This document shows positions 17,155 through 24,937 of a DNA stretch of 33,454 nucleotides, in pieces (positions within the stretch are counted from its first letter, which is position 1; every line of letters starts with the position of its first letter). The notes beneath the pieces are model-generated. The model did not search any database, was not told where the DNA came from, and saw nothing but the letters and a program-made list of their open reading frames with translations. The stretch is taken from contig PRDT01000015.1 of assembly GCA_003173995.1 (NCBI GenBank), forward strand, positions 1-33,454, written 5' to 3'. A program made the position numbers and the translations under genes. Source of the stretch: Candidatus Levyibacteriota bacterium (GTDB taxonomy: Bacteria; Patescibacteriota; Microgenomatia; Levybacterales; UBA12049).

Positions 17155-17700
17155 ATGGCTACCGAATTAGCAACATTTGGAGGAGGATGCTTTTGGTGCA
17201 CCGAATCAATTTTTAAAAGACTCAAAGGGGTTATTTCTGTCACTTCAGGCTACTCGGGTGGTACAACAGATAATCCAAATTGGGAAAGTGTCCATACTGG
17301 TACTACTGGACATGCAGAAAGCATCCAAATAGAATTTGACCCATCAATTATTCCTTTTGAAAAATTGTTGGACATCTTCTGGTATAGCCACAACCCAACA
17401 ACACTTAATCAACAAGGAGCTGATAAAGGTACCCAATATCGCTCTGCAATTTTTTACCATAATGACAAGCAGAAAGAGATCGCAGAAAAATCAAAAGAAG
17501 AGTTTGCTCATTCGGGTAAATATCAAGATCCTTTGGTGACGGAAATAACTCCCTTTACCAATTTCTATCCAGCTGAGGCAGAACAACAAAATTTTGAGGA
17601 AAAATATTCCAATTCTCCCTACTGCTTTTTAGTGATAGATCCAAAAATCCAAAAGCTCATGAAAGAATATGGCAATGACGTAAAAGAGGAGTATAAGTAA
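17155..17700 (+). CDS. msrA: Peptide-methionine (S)-S-oxide reductase
   Basis: The catalytic motif GGGCFWCTE lies at the N-terminus, with family-wide conservation (GHAESIQIEFDP, QGADKGTQYRSAIFY). No signal peptide. Confidence 0.93.
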   Translation: MATELATFGGGCFWCTESIFKRLKGVISVTSGYSGGTTDNPNWESVHTGTTGHAESIQIEFDPSIIPFEKLLDIFWYSHNPTTLNQQGADKGTQYRSAIFYHNDKQKEIAEKSKEEFAHSGKYQDPLVTEITPFTNFYPAEAEQQNFEEKYSNSPYCFLVIDPKIQKLMKEYGNDVKEEYK

Positions 17701-18093
17701 TTACTTTTTGCCAACAAATTGCCAGCAGTTACCTTCTGGGTCAAGAAAAGTACAGAAGTATACTTGATTGTCAGGAGTTGAAAAAGGTGCTAAAAATGGC
17801 TTGGCAACTATAGTAACTTCTGGAAGATCTTTTATTTTTTCATACCAATGCATGACGCCTTCTTCTGGATACAGGTTAAATAAATGTCTGAAATTTTCCT
17901 TGGCTTTACCTTTCACTTCTGAATGCTTCCCAAGCCAGACATTCAAATCTCCCACAACATGCATCATATATCCATAGTCTCCTGGGATATCAAGATGATT
18001 AAGCAGTTCAAATCCCAAGACGTCGCGATAAAAAGGCATGAGCGTATCTGGATTTTCTGAATAAATAAGAATTCTATAGTTAGTAAATGCCAT
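17701..18093 (-). CDS. VOC-family (glyoxalase/bleomycin-resistance fold) protein
   Basis: 130 aa. The N-terminal pattern RILIYSENPDTLMPFYRDVLGFEL and the C-terminal LDPEGNCWQF are typical of the glyoxalase/VOC fold. Confidence 0.75.
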   Translation of the reverse strand: MAFTNYRILIYSENPDTLMPFYRDVLGFELLNHLDIPGDYGYMMHVVGDLNVWLGKHSEVKGKAKENFRHLFNLYPEEGVMHWYEKIKDLPEVTIVAKPFLAPFSTPDNQVYFCTFLDPEGNCWQFVGKK

Positions 18094-18113
18094 ACAGTCT
18101 ATATAACAAAAAT

Positions 18114-19235
18114 TTAACCAAAGGTAAAGGTGAAAAGTTGAATTCCCGGCCCAAATTCCAGTTGGAGAGTATGTTCACCCGCTTTGCCATGAAGATTGAC
18201 TAAGTGATACAAGCGCTGTGAATCAACACTTACAGTACTTCCCTTTATATCTTCACCTGCATTTTCTGAAGTTATTTCTTTGCTATCGAGCAAAACATGA
18301 ACACTTCCATTCTTTTGATTGCCAGGACCCACCACCATATAGACGTTATTTGCTGTGAATTGATACTTCACAACTGCACTTGCTCCTGCTTGTGCATATT
18401 CATTGAGAATATTCCATCCACCACCAAAAGCAAACGTATTCAAAGGTACTGAAGTGGGGAGAGTAAAAGTCTGAATTCCAGTTGGAAGTGTTCCATTAGA
18501 AAAGAAATATGCCATACGGGATGCTCCAAAATAAGTCTCTGGCGATATCTCCTCATGGGGTGTTTGATCTGGCATATTTTCTATATTAGTAGCTACTTTT
18601 TGACCTGCTTCTTTAAGAAGTTGTTGAATTGCCTTTTCACTTTGATCATATTCTCCCTCTCCAAAATGAGTCCTTCTCACATTACCTTGTGCATCAATAA
18701 GATATTCTGCTGGCCAATACTCATTGGAATAATTTGTCCAAGTAGTGTAGTTGTTATCCTGCCCTACTGGATAATGAATACCAAATTGTTTAATTGCATT
18801 TTCAACATTCCCTGTATCTTTTTCAAAGGCAAATTCCGGAGTGTGTACTCCTATCACTACAAATCCCTTATCTTTATATTTGTCATACCACGCAGTCACA
18901 TGAGGAAGCGTTCGAATACAGTTAATGCAGGTATACGTCCAGAAATCAACCAACACCACTTTTCCTTTCAAATCTTTGAGAGAAAGCGATTTATCAGTAT
19001 TGAGCCATTTAGTAATTCCAACAAAATTCGGAGCAGAATAATTTGTATTGAAAAGAGCATTTGTATTAAATAAATGACTGCCCTGTTGATTGCGAATTTG
19101 TTGCAGTTGATTGGTTACAACATCGCTACTTTCAATGCCATTTAAAAAGTGTTGATATGAAGGGATCATATCCAACAATTTTGCCTCAACAACTTTATCA
19201 TAATTAGTCACAATGCCAAATGCAGCCAAAAGCAA
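18114..19235 (-). CDS. Thioredoxin-fold (TlpA/redoxin-like, CxxC) plus C-terminal beta-rich domain; distal part of a frameshifted DipZ-like gene
   Basis: VVLVDFWTYTCINCIRTLPH carries a CxxC redox motif in a TlpA/redoxin context, followed by a ~150-aa C-terminal domain as in DipZ. Its frame stays open upstream of the nominal TTG start and encodes the missing last helix of the CcdA domain (see findings). Confidence 0.8.
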   Translation of the reverse strand: MLLAAFGIVTNYDKVVEAKLLDMIPSYQHFLNGIESSDVVTNQLQQIRNQQGSHLFNTNALFNTNYSAPNFVGITKWLNTDKSLSLKDLKGKVVLVDFWTYTCINCIRTLPHVTAWYDKYKDKGFVVIGVHTPEFAFEKDTGNVENAIKQFGIHYPVGQDNNYTTWTNYSNEYWPAEYLIDAQGNVRRTHFGEGEYDQSEKAIQQLLKEAGQKVATNIENMPDQTPHEEISPETYFGASRMAYFFSNGTLPTGIQTFTLPTSVPLNTFAFGGGWNILNEYAQAGASAVVKYQFTANNVYMVVGPGNQKNGSVHVLLDSKEITSENAGEDIKGSTVSVDSQRLYHLVNLHGKAGEHTLQLEFGPGIQLFTFTFG

Positions 19236-19852
19236 AATGAAGCCAAATACTTGTTGGATTTTCCCAAGGTAGGGAGAAAAAATACGCGATTTGGTGAGAA
19301 GCCATTTCCCCCCAAAGTAAAAAAGAACAAGGGAATTCCAACACCGATAATATAGACAACTGTCACAAGAATAATCTCAATTGACACCTTTTGTGTTGAG
19401 GCAAGTGTTGCAATAGTGGCAAGAATTGGCCCTGCACATGGTGTCCATATAATTCCTAATGTCAAACCAGTCAAAAATCCTCCCCCAAATCCATTTGTCT
19501 TGTCTTGTTTTATCCCTATTGATCCACTCAACCTACTTACCATTGCTTCAAGGCGTGCTGAAAAAGCAGGTATCAAAAGTGACAAACCAAGAAGCGCAAT
19601 GATTGCAACAGCAAGATAGCGCAAAATATTCGGATCAAAAGGGATAATATGAATGATATAAGTCAGAAAAAGTGTCAGGAGTCCAAAACTTACACAAATG
19701 CCTATGGTTATTCCAAGAGGCTTTCTGTGTCCACCTGTTGTTGTACTAGATAACACAAGTGGTAAAAGTGGCCAAATACACGGTGCTGCAATTGTGATAA
19801 GCCCTGACAGAAATGCAAGAATGAGGAAAAGAAGCATATCTCTATTACACAT
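19208..19852 (-). CDS. CcdA/DsbD-family thiol-disulfide transporter membrane domain; proximal part of a frameshifted DipZ-like gene
   Basis: Two conserved membrane Cys motifs are present (ITIAAPCIWPLLP and IIWTPCAGPIL). The reading frame leaves the conserved sequence after ...FFFTLGG at the G6 run (plus-strand C6, 19308-19313). The likely true start is the Met of MLLFLIL at 19835-19837. Confidence 0.8.
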   Translation of the reverse strand: MCNRDMLLFLILAFLSGLITIAAPCIWPLLPLVLSSTTTGGHRKPLGITIGICVSFGLLTLFLTYIIHIIPFDPNILRYLAVAIIALLGLSLLIPAFSARLEAMVSRLSGSIGIKQDKTNGFGGGFLTGLTLGIIWTPCAGPILATIATLASTQKVSIEIILVTVVYIIGVGIPLFFFTLGGNGFSPNRVFFLPTLGKSNKYLASFCFWLHLAL

Positions 19853-19953
19853 CTATCGAGGCTAAATTGCAATACATATCTTACGTAATTCCTGTCTAAC
19901 TTTTATTTGCTTACAACACTGACAACCTATTATCCTTATTCATAATTCTTTAT

Positions 19954-20508
19954 ATGGCAAAATCCCCATCTAACAACAATACTCTGTTTACTCTTGAATT
20001 ACTTGGTGGTGGAGGTTTGCTGGTTTTGGGATTTCTTGCCCTCAATTATCAGCTCTTTACCGGTCTTCTTGCTACCTCGCTTTTTGGATGGATACTCCTT
20101 TTGGGAGGAATTGTTGGAATCGTTGTCTCATTTGGTACACGGAATTGGGGCGGATTTTTTCTTTATCTCATGACTGGTATTCTCAGCTTTGTGGCAGGAG
20201 CAGTCATTATTGCCAATCCTACAGAATCTCTTGCAACGATTACAGGTATTATTTCCATCATTTTAATTGCAGGAGGAATTTTCCGTTTTGTCACTGCACT
20301 TCTTATGCGATTTCCTCATTGGGGGTGGTCATTTGCGTATGGCCTTATTTCACTAGCACTTGGAGTTGCAATATGGAGACATTGGCCAACATCAAGTATT
20401 TACTTTATTGGTCTTTTTATTGGACTAGAATTTATTGTCAGCGGTCTTTCAACACTCTTTACAGCAATCTCCAACAGACATGTCACTTCAACACGAATGG
20501 CTTACTAA
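19954..20508 (+). CDS. HdeD/DUF308-family membrane protein
   Basis: Repeated Gly-rich TM hairpins (LLVLGFLALN, GWILLLGGIVGIV, GILSFVAGAVIIANP, IILIAGGIFRFV, LISLALGVAIW, GLFIGLEFIVSGL) are characteristic of DUF308. Confidence 0.75.
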   Translation: MAKSPSNNNTLFTLELLGGGGLLVLGFLALNYQLFTGLLATSLFGWILLLGGIVGIVVSFGTRNWGGFFLYLMTGILSFVAGAVIIANPTESLATITGIISIILIAGGIFRFVTALLMRFPHWGWSFAYGLISLALGVAIWRHWPTSSIYFIGLFIGLEFIVSGLSTLFTAISNRHVTSTRMAY

Positions 20509-21105
20509 CTATTTTTTCTTCAGAGGAATAATAACTACAGCAAGAAGTGAAGATAAGCAAGTAACAAGCCACCCAATCTTTGTCACTATTAATAAATTAG
20601 CTTCTCTTTTTTCTACTTCTCGCAGAGATCTGCCCACTAGTACATAACCATTTATATATTTTGTAACTACTGCTGCACTTCTCACACCACTTTCTGGTTG
20701 CCACGTAAACTTATCCTCTCCTTGATTTTTTGTGTAAGCAAATACGCCTTCCGGAATTGTTGGAATTTGTCCATGTAATATCGTATTTCCAGAAATAAAT
20801 TTACCATTTGCGTCAAAAATCATAAGGAAAGGTGATAGGCTCTCTGACATTTCTATTTTTTGAGAAGGAACAATTGAAGCAATTTCCTGATGCTCAGACA
20901 AACTTTTCGCTGTATCTTCTGCGATTTGAATTTGAGGGTCGTTTGCTCCTTGTCTGTAGAGTTGTTGGGCAGAAACATAGATAAGTCCTGATAGAAATGT
21001 TATGACAATGCCAAGTGGTATCCAAAGAAGTAATTTTTGTAACACAATCGCAGTATAACACGACTTGGACAGGGCATGCATGGCTGGGCCTTCCCAACCA
21101 TGCAT
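20509..21105 (-). CDS. Hypothetical membrane-anchored protein (N- and C-terminal TM helices, ~130-aa extracytoplasmic domain)
   Basis: Last gene of the minus-strand cluster, 5 nt after the cupredoxin stop. It contains an ...QGANDPQIQIAEDTA... motif but I recognise no named family. An alternative start is the Met of MHALSKS at 21081. Confidence 0.6.
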   Translation of the reverse strand: MHGWEGPAMHALSKSCYTAIVLQKLLLWIPLGIVITFLSGLIYVSAQQLYRQGANDPQIQIAEDTAKSLSEHQEIASIVPSQKIEMSESLSPFLMIFDANGKFISGNTILHGQIPTIPEGVFAYTKNQGEDKFTWQPESGVRSAAVVTKYINGYVLVGRSLREVEKREANLLIVTKIGWLVTCLSSLLAVVIIPLKKK

Positions 21106-21110
21106 GTCAT

Positions 21111-21623
21111 TTATTCAACAGTTAATGTACCGACCTGACCCATTTGCTTGTGGTTACCCACAGCGCAGTAATATTGGAATGTTCCGACTTTGTCAGCAAC
21201 AAATTGGACTGTTGAGGTGTCTCCATCTCGAGTAAGAGGCCCCCTTACATTGAATGCATCAATTGAAAAATTGTGCATCATACTGACTGCATGGAAAACA
21301 ATTTTTACTGTCTGACCCTTTTTCACTTTAATTTCACTTGGTTTAAAGTAAAAGGAACCTGCTTCGATATTCACAGTCACTGTATTTGTACTATTATCTG
21401 TTGTCATAGATGGCGTTGCAGAACCTGTTGCTGCTACAGTTGGTGAAGTGTGAACAGGCATATTGGTCATATGTTCTATAGCTTCATTTTTCACTTTATG
21501 CGCTGCTTTCTTTGCAACATATAAAACTCCTCCTGCGACAACTAAAACAACAAGAATAATTGCGGCTATAAGCATAGGATTGACCGAACTTTTTTTTGCT
21601 TCTTGTATCGTTGATTCTTCCAT
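21111..21623 (-). CDS. Membrane-anchored cupredoxin (type-1 blue copper domain, Cupredoxin_1-like)
   Basis: N-terminal TM anchor, a Thr/Ser/Ala-rich linker, then a ~100-aa beta domain. Candidate Cu ligands are H in MMHNFSID and C-x4-H-x2-M in YYCAVGNHKQMG. A GAGGTG Shine-Dalgarno lies 7 nt upstream of the ATG. Confidence 0.75.
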   Translation of the reverse strand: MEESTIQEAKKSSVNPMLIAAIILVVLVVAGGVLYVAKKAAHKVKNEAIEHMTNMPVHTSPTVAATGSATPSMTTDNSTNTVTVNIEAGSFYFKPSEIKVKKGQTVKIVFHAVSMMHNFSIDAFNVRGPLTRDGDTSTVQFVADKVGTFQYYCAVGNHKQMGQVGTLTVE

Positions 21624-21707
21624 TTTTATTCACCTCTCTTTCTTAGATATAACATCTACAAATAATTTCAGAGACTGTAGCTTATGAATTACGGTCTCTT
21701 TTTATCC

Positions 21708-22127
21708 TTACATACCAGTTGGTCTTCGCATCATTGTTGGATTCAATTGGATATTTTGTGCTGTCACACTTCCATCACTATTTGTCGTACCAAATACAGC
21801 AACTTTTTCTCCTGCCTTCAAATCACTTGCAGAACCTGTTGCTTGCTTATTGATGGCTGTTGTAGCTGAAAGTAAAACAATCTTACTACTTCCATCTGGC
21901 ATTTTAACAGTAATAGATTTCTCATCTTGACTGATAATATCTCCTGCTACAATTCCTCCAGAACCATTTGCACCAAATCGTCTTTGAAATTGCCCGTAAG
22001 CGAATTGAGCATTTCTTCCTCGCTGCATTTTTTGATATTGCATACCTCCGAAAAATCCTGCTCCAGCTGCTATAACAACAACAACAATCGTTATAATCCA
22101 CATTTTATTTTTCATTTTTCTCTTCAC
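21708..22127 (-). CDS. Small membrane-anchored/secreted protein (DUF5666-like beta domain, tentative)
   Basis: N-terminal TM/signal segment MWIITIVVVVIAAGAGFFGG, then GDIISQDEKSITVKMPDGSSKIVLLSATTAINK...DLKAGEKVAVFGTTNSDGSVTAQNIQL. An in-frame Met at 22103 would remove the overlap with the upstream gene. Confidence 0.6.
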   Translation of the reverse strand: MKRKMKNKMWIITIVVVVIAAGAGFFGGMQYQKMQRGRNAQFAYGQFQRRFGANGSGGIVAGDIISQDEKSITVKMPDGSSKIVLLSATTAINKQATGSASDLKAGEKVAVFGTTNSDGSVTAQNIQLNPTMMRRPTGM

Positions 22128-23010
22128 CTCCTTTCAAAAAATAGTCGTACACTGCTTTTGATATTTTTCCTATTGTGTCATTGGCATCATATGAATTAGT
22201 ACTTTTACTTAAAACAACAATTATATAGGGTCCATTTGGAGCGTACACAATTCCCGCATCATGAGAGAAAGAATCCAACTCTCCTGTCTTATGAGCAATC
22301 ACGGTATTACTTGGTAAATATTTAGGTAACTTTTCCTTGAATTGTTGGCTTTTCAATAAATCAATCATGTAACTCGTTGACGATGGATTTCCCAATTGTC
22401 CCTTATACAGCTTTTCTAGAAAAAGGCTAACATCAGATGCTGTTGAGACAGGAACACCATTTGTGCCACCTAGGTGTGAATAGCTTAATTTGTTATCAGT
22501 AAGAAATTTTGAGATTGCTTCTTCACTTATTTTTTGTGTCAAAAGAAGCGCTGCATAATTATGTGAAATAGTAACCATTTGTGTGAGTGCATCGTTGACA
22601 GAGAGAGTTATTGTTCCATCGGTCAAATCTGCATCTTCACTTGCAATGTGAAATTCCTGATTGAGATGATCTACGTCATCGCTTAGTATTTCATCTTTTT
22701 GTATTTTTCCTTTTTCTATTTCCTGAACCACTGTACTCATAACCCACAATTTATAAAGACTTCCTGTTGCAAAATATTTCCCACTATTAAAACCATATGA
22801 TTCTCCTGTTTTGAGATTTTTAATATAAATTCCAAAGGTACCACTTTTACTTTTGAGTACTTGTTGTACAGCATCTTGTAGCGAATGCTGGCCTTCTTTT
22901 TTCTGTGTATGTGAGTGAAAAATCCACACCAATCCTACTCCACATATAACAAGAACGAGGAGAATTAAAAGTCTTTGTAATACCTGTTGGGATCTTCTTC
23001 GACGTATCAT
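22105..23010 (-). CDS. Membrane-anchored serine hydrolase with a class-A beta-lactamase/penicillin-binding fold
   Basis: N-terminal TM anchor. The motifs appear in the canonical order: SxxK (TGSLYKL), SxN-like (ISHNYAA) and KTG (AHKTGEL). ATGA-type 4-nt overlap with the permease gene. Confidence 0.75.
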   Translation of the reverse strand: MIRRRRSQQVLQRLLILLVLVICGVGLVWIFHSHTQKKEGQHSLQDAVQQVLKSKSGTFGIYIKNLKTGESYGFNSGKYFATGSLYKLWVMSTVVQEIEKGKIQKDEILSDDVDHLNQEFHIASEDADLTDGTITLSVNDALTQMVTISHNYAALLLTQKISEEAISKFLTDNKLSYSHLGGTNGVPVSTASDVSLFLEKLYKGQLGNPSSTSYMIDLLKSQQFKEKLPKYLPSNTVIAHKTGELDSFSHDAGIVYAPNGPYIIVVLSKSTNSYDANDTIGKISKAVYDYFLKGGEEKNEK

Positions 23011-24221
23011 TCGTATCGTAAAGCCTCTATTGGCTGTAAATTAGCTGCACGTTGTGCTGGATACCACCCAAATAATATACCAATTCCTCCTGAGACAAGG
23101 ATAGCTAAAATAATTGATGAAAGTGAAATAACAAATGGTGAATGACTGAAAGATGAAATAATAAAAGACGTTGCAATACCAAGGAGCATCCCAAAGATTC
23201 CGCCAACTGATGTGAGAATAACTGACTCCAAAAGAAATTGCGTTACAATAATTTGTTTTTTTGCCCCAAGCGCTTTTCGAAGTCCTATCTCTCGTGTTCT
23301 CTCAGTCACGGTTACAAGCATGATGTTCATAATACCAATACCACCTACTAAAAGTGAAATTGCAGCAATACCAGAAAGAAGTGACGTAAAGCTTCCTGTT
23401 GTTTGGGAAGCAGTATTTAAAATATCTTGTTGAGAAAAAATACTAAAATCTGCATTTGTTGGATCACTTAATTTGTGTCTTGAGAGAAGCAAATAGCCAA
23501 CTTGATTTTCAGCATCTATCATCACTTCAGAACTTTTTGCTTCAAGTGCAATAGTATTCAAATAATCAATACCAAAGAGTTGCTTTTGAGCAGTTGATAA
23601 AGGCACATAGACAATATCATCTTGATTTTGGAATCCTGTTCCTCCTTTTGAGACAGTCATGCCGATAATAGTAAATGACTGACCACTGATACGGATATCT
23701 TGTCCAATTGGATCAGAACCATCTGGGAAAAGCGTACTTGCCACCTGAGGCCCAATAACAGCAACTTTTGTCATACCAGTTACATCTCGATCGGTAATAA
23801 AGGCTCCTTCATCCATACTAACTTTATGGACTATTAGATATGGAGCGGTTGCACCAATAACTTGCACATTCGTATTTGTCTTTACTGTTGCAACTTGAAG
23901 ACGTTTTGATACTTCTGGAGAGACATTTTGAATGGTAGTTACTGATGGATTTGCTTTTATTGCATTTGCATCATCGAGAGTAAGTGTTGTTCCACCTCCA
24001 AGAGCACCTCTCACGCCATTCGTATTTTGCGCACCAGGAATAACGGTGAGCAAATTTGCGCCGAGGGATTGGATTTGAGATTGGACTTGTTGTTGTGTTG
24101 CTTGCCCTAATGAGATAAGAGCAATGACACTGCCAATACCAATGACAATACCGAGAATGGCAAGTCCTGTTCGAAGCTTATTGATAGTGAGTGTTGACAG
24201 ACTTTCTAGTACTAATTCCAT
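23007..24221 (-). CDS. ABC transporter permease, MacB/FtsX family
   Basis: Shows MacB topology: TM1, a ~230-aa extracytoplasmic domain, then three C-terminal TM helices containing the FtsX-type motif ERTREIGLRKALGA. Confidence 0.9.
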   Translation of the reverse strand: MELVLESLSTLTINKLRTGLAILGIVIGIGSVIALISLGQATQQQVQSQIQSLGANLLTVIPGAQNTNGVRGALGGGTTLTLDDANAIKANPSVTTIQNVSPEVSKRLQVATVKTNTNVQVIGATAPYLIVHKVSMDEGAFITDRDVTGMTKVAVIGPQVASTLFPDGSDPIGQDIRISGQSFTIIGMTVSKGGTGFQNQDDIVYVPLSTAQKQLFGIDYLNTIALEAKSSEVMIDAENQVGYLLLSRHKLSDPTNADFSIFSQQDILNTASQTTGSFTSLLSGIAAISLLVGGIGIMNIMLVTVTERTREIGLRKALGAKKQIIVTQFLLESVILTSVGGIFGMLLGIATSFIISSFSHSPFVISLSSIILAILVSGGIGILFGWYPAQRAANLQPIEALRYE

Positions 24222-24937
24222 TATAAAATGATTGCTCCTTTCTTTGCTTTTTTCTGATGAGGATTTTTCTTGTCAGATAATACATTTCCATCACGAATCG
24301 TAATAATCCTCTTTGCATGATCTGCTATATCCAGCTCATGAGTAATCATGACAATAGTATGCCCCTCCTTTTCATTAATCTCTTGGAAAATTGCCATGAC
24401 CTCTTCGGCTTGTGCGGAGGCAATGTTGCCTGTTGGTTCGTCAGCAAGTAAAATGCTTGGATTCATCGCAAGTCCTCTTGCAATAGCAACACGTTGTTGT
24501 TGACCTCCTGAAAGCTGATTAGAGTAGTGTTCCATCCGCTCAGAAAGTCCCACCATCTTTAGATATTTTTTTGCTTTTTCTATACGCTCTTCATAAGGGA
24601 TACCTGCATATCGCATCGGAAGCATTACATTTTTGAGAGCTGATGTTCGAGGAAGTAAATTAAATGCCTGAAAAATAAAACCTATTTTTCTATTACGAAT
24701 ATCTGCTAAAGAATCATCGGTGAGCTTACTTACTTCTTCACCATCAAGTGTATAAGTCCCAGATGTGGGTGTATCAAGTGCTCCAAGGATATGCATAAGT
24801 GTTGACTTACCGCTTCCTGAGGGGCCCATGATAGCAACAAACTCTCCTTTTTTTATATTGAAAGAGACATCATGGAGTGCTTCTGTCTCAATGGTGCCAC
24901 TCTTGTAGATTTTCTTGATATGACTAACATTTATCAT
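24221..24937 (-). CDS. ABC transporter ATP-binding protein (MacB/LolD-type)
   Basis: Walker A GPSGSGKST, Q-loop, signature LSGGQQQRVAIAR, Walker B ILLADEPTGN, and H-loop ITHE. Confidence 0.93.
   Translation of the reverse strand: MINVSHIKKIYKSGTIETEALHDVSFNIKKGEFVAIMGPSGSGKSTLMHILGALDTPTSGTYTLDGEEVSKLTDDSLADIRNRKIGFIFQAFNLLPRTSALKNVMLPMRYAGIPYEERIEKAKKYLKMVGLSERMEHYSNQLSGGQQQRVAIARGLAMNPSILLADEPTGNIASAQAEEVMAIFQEINEKEGHTIVMITHELDIADHAKRIITIRDGNVLSDKKNPHQKKAKKGAIIL

Noticed and set aside
21463-21687. The plus-strand 74-aa ORF that ends just upstream of the plus-strand terminator-like hairpin, considered as a small antisense-encoded protein.
   Set aside because: It is entirely antisense to the cupredoxin N-terminus, has no Shine-Dalgarno, and has a biased composition. 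Any plus-strand transcript here is more likely non-coding.
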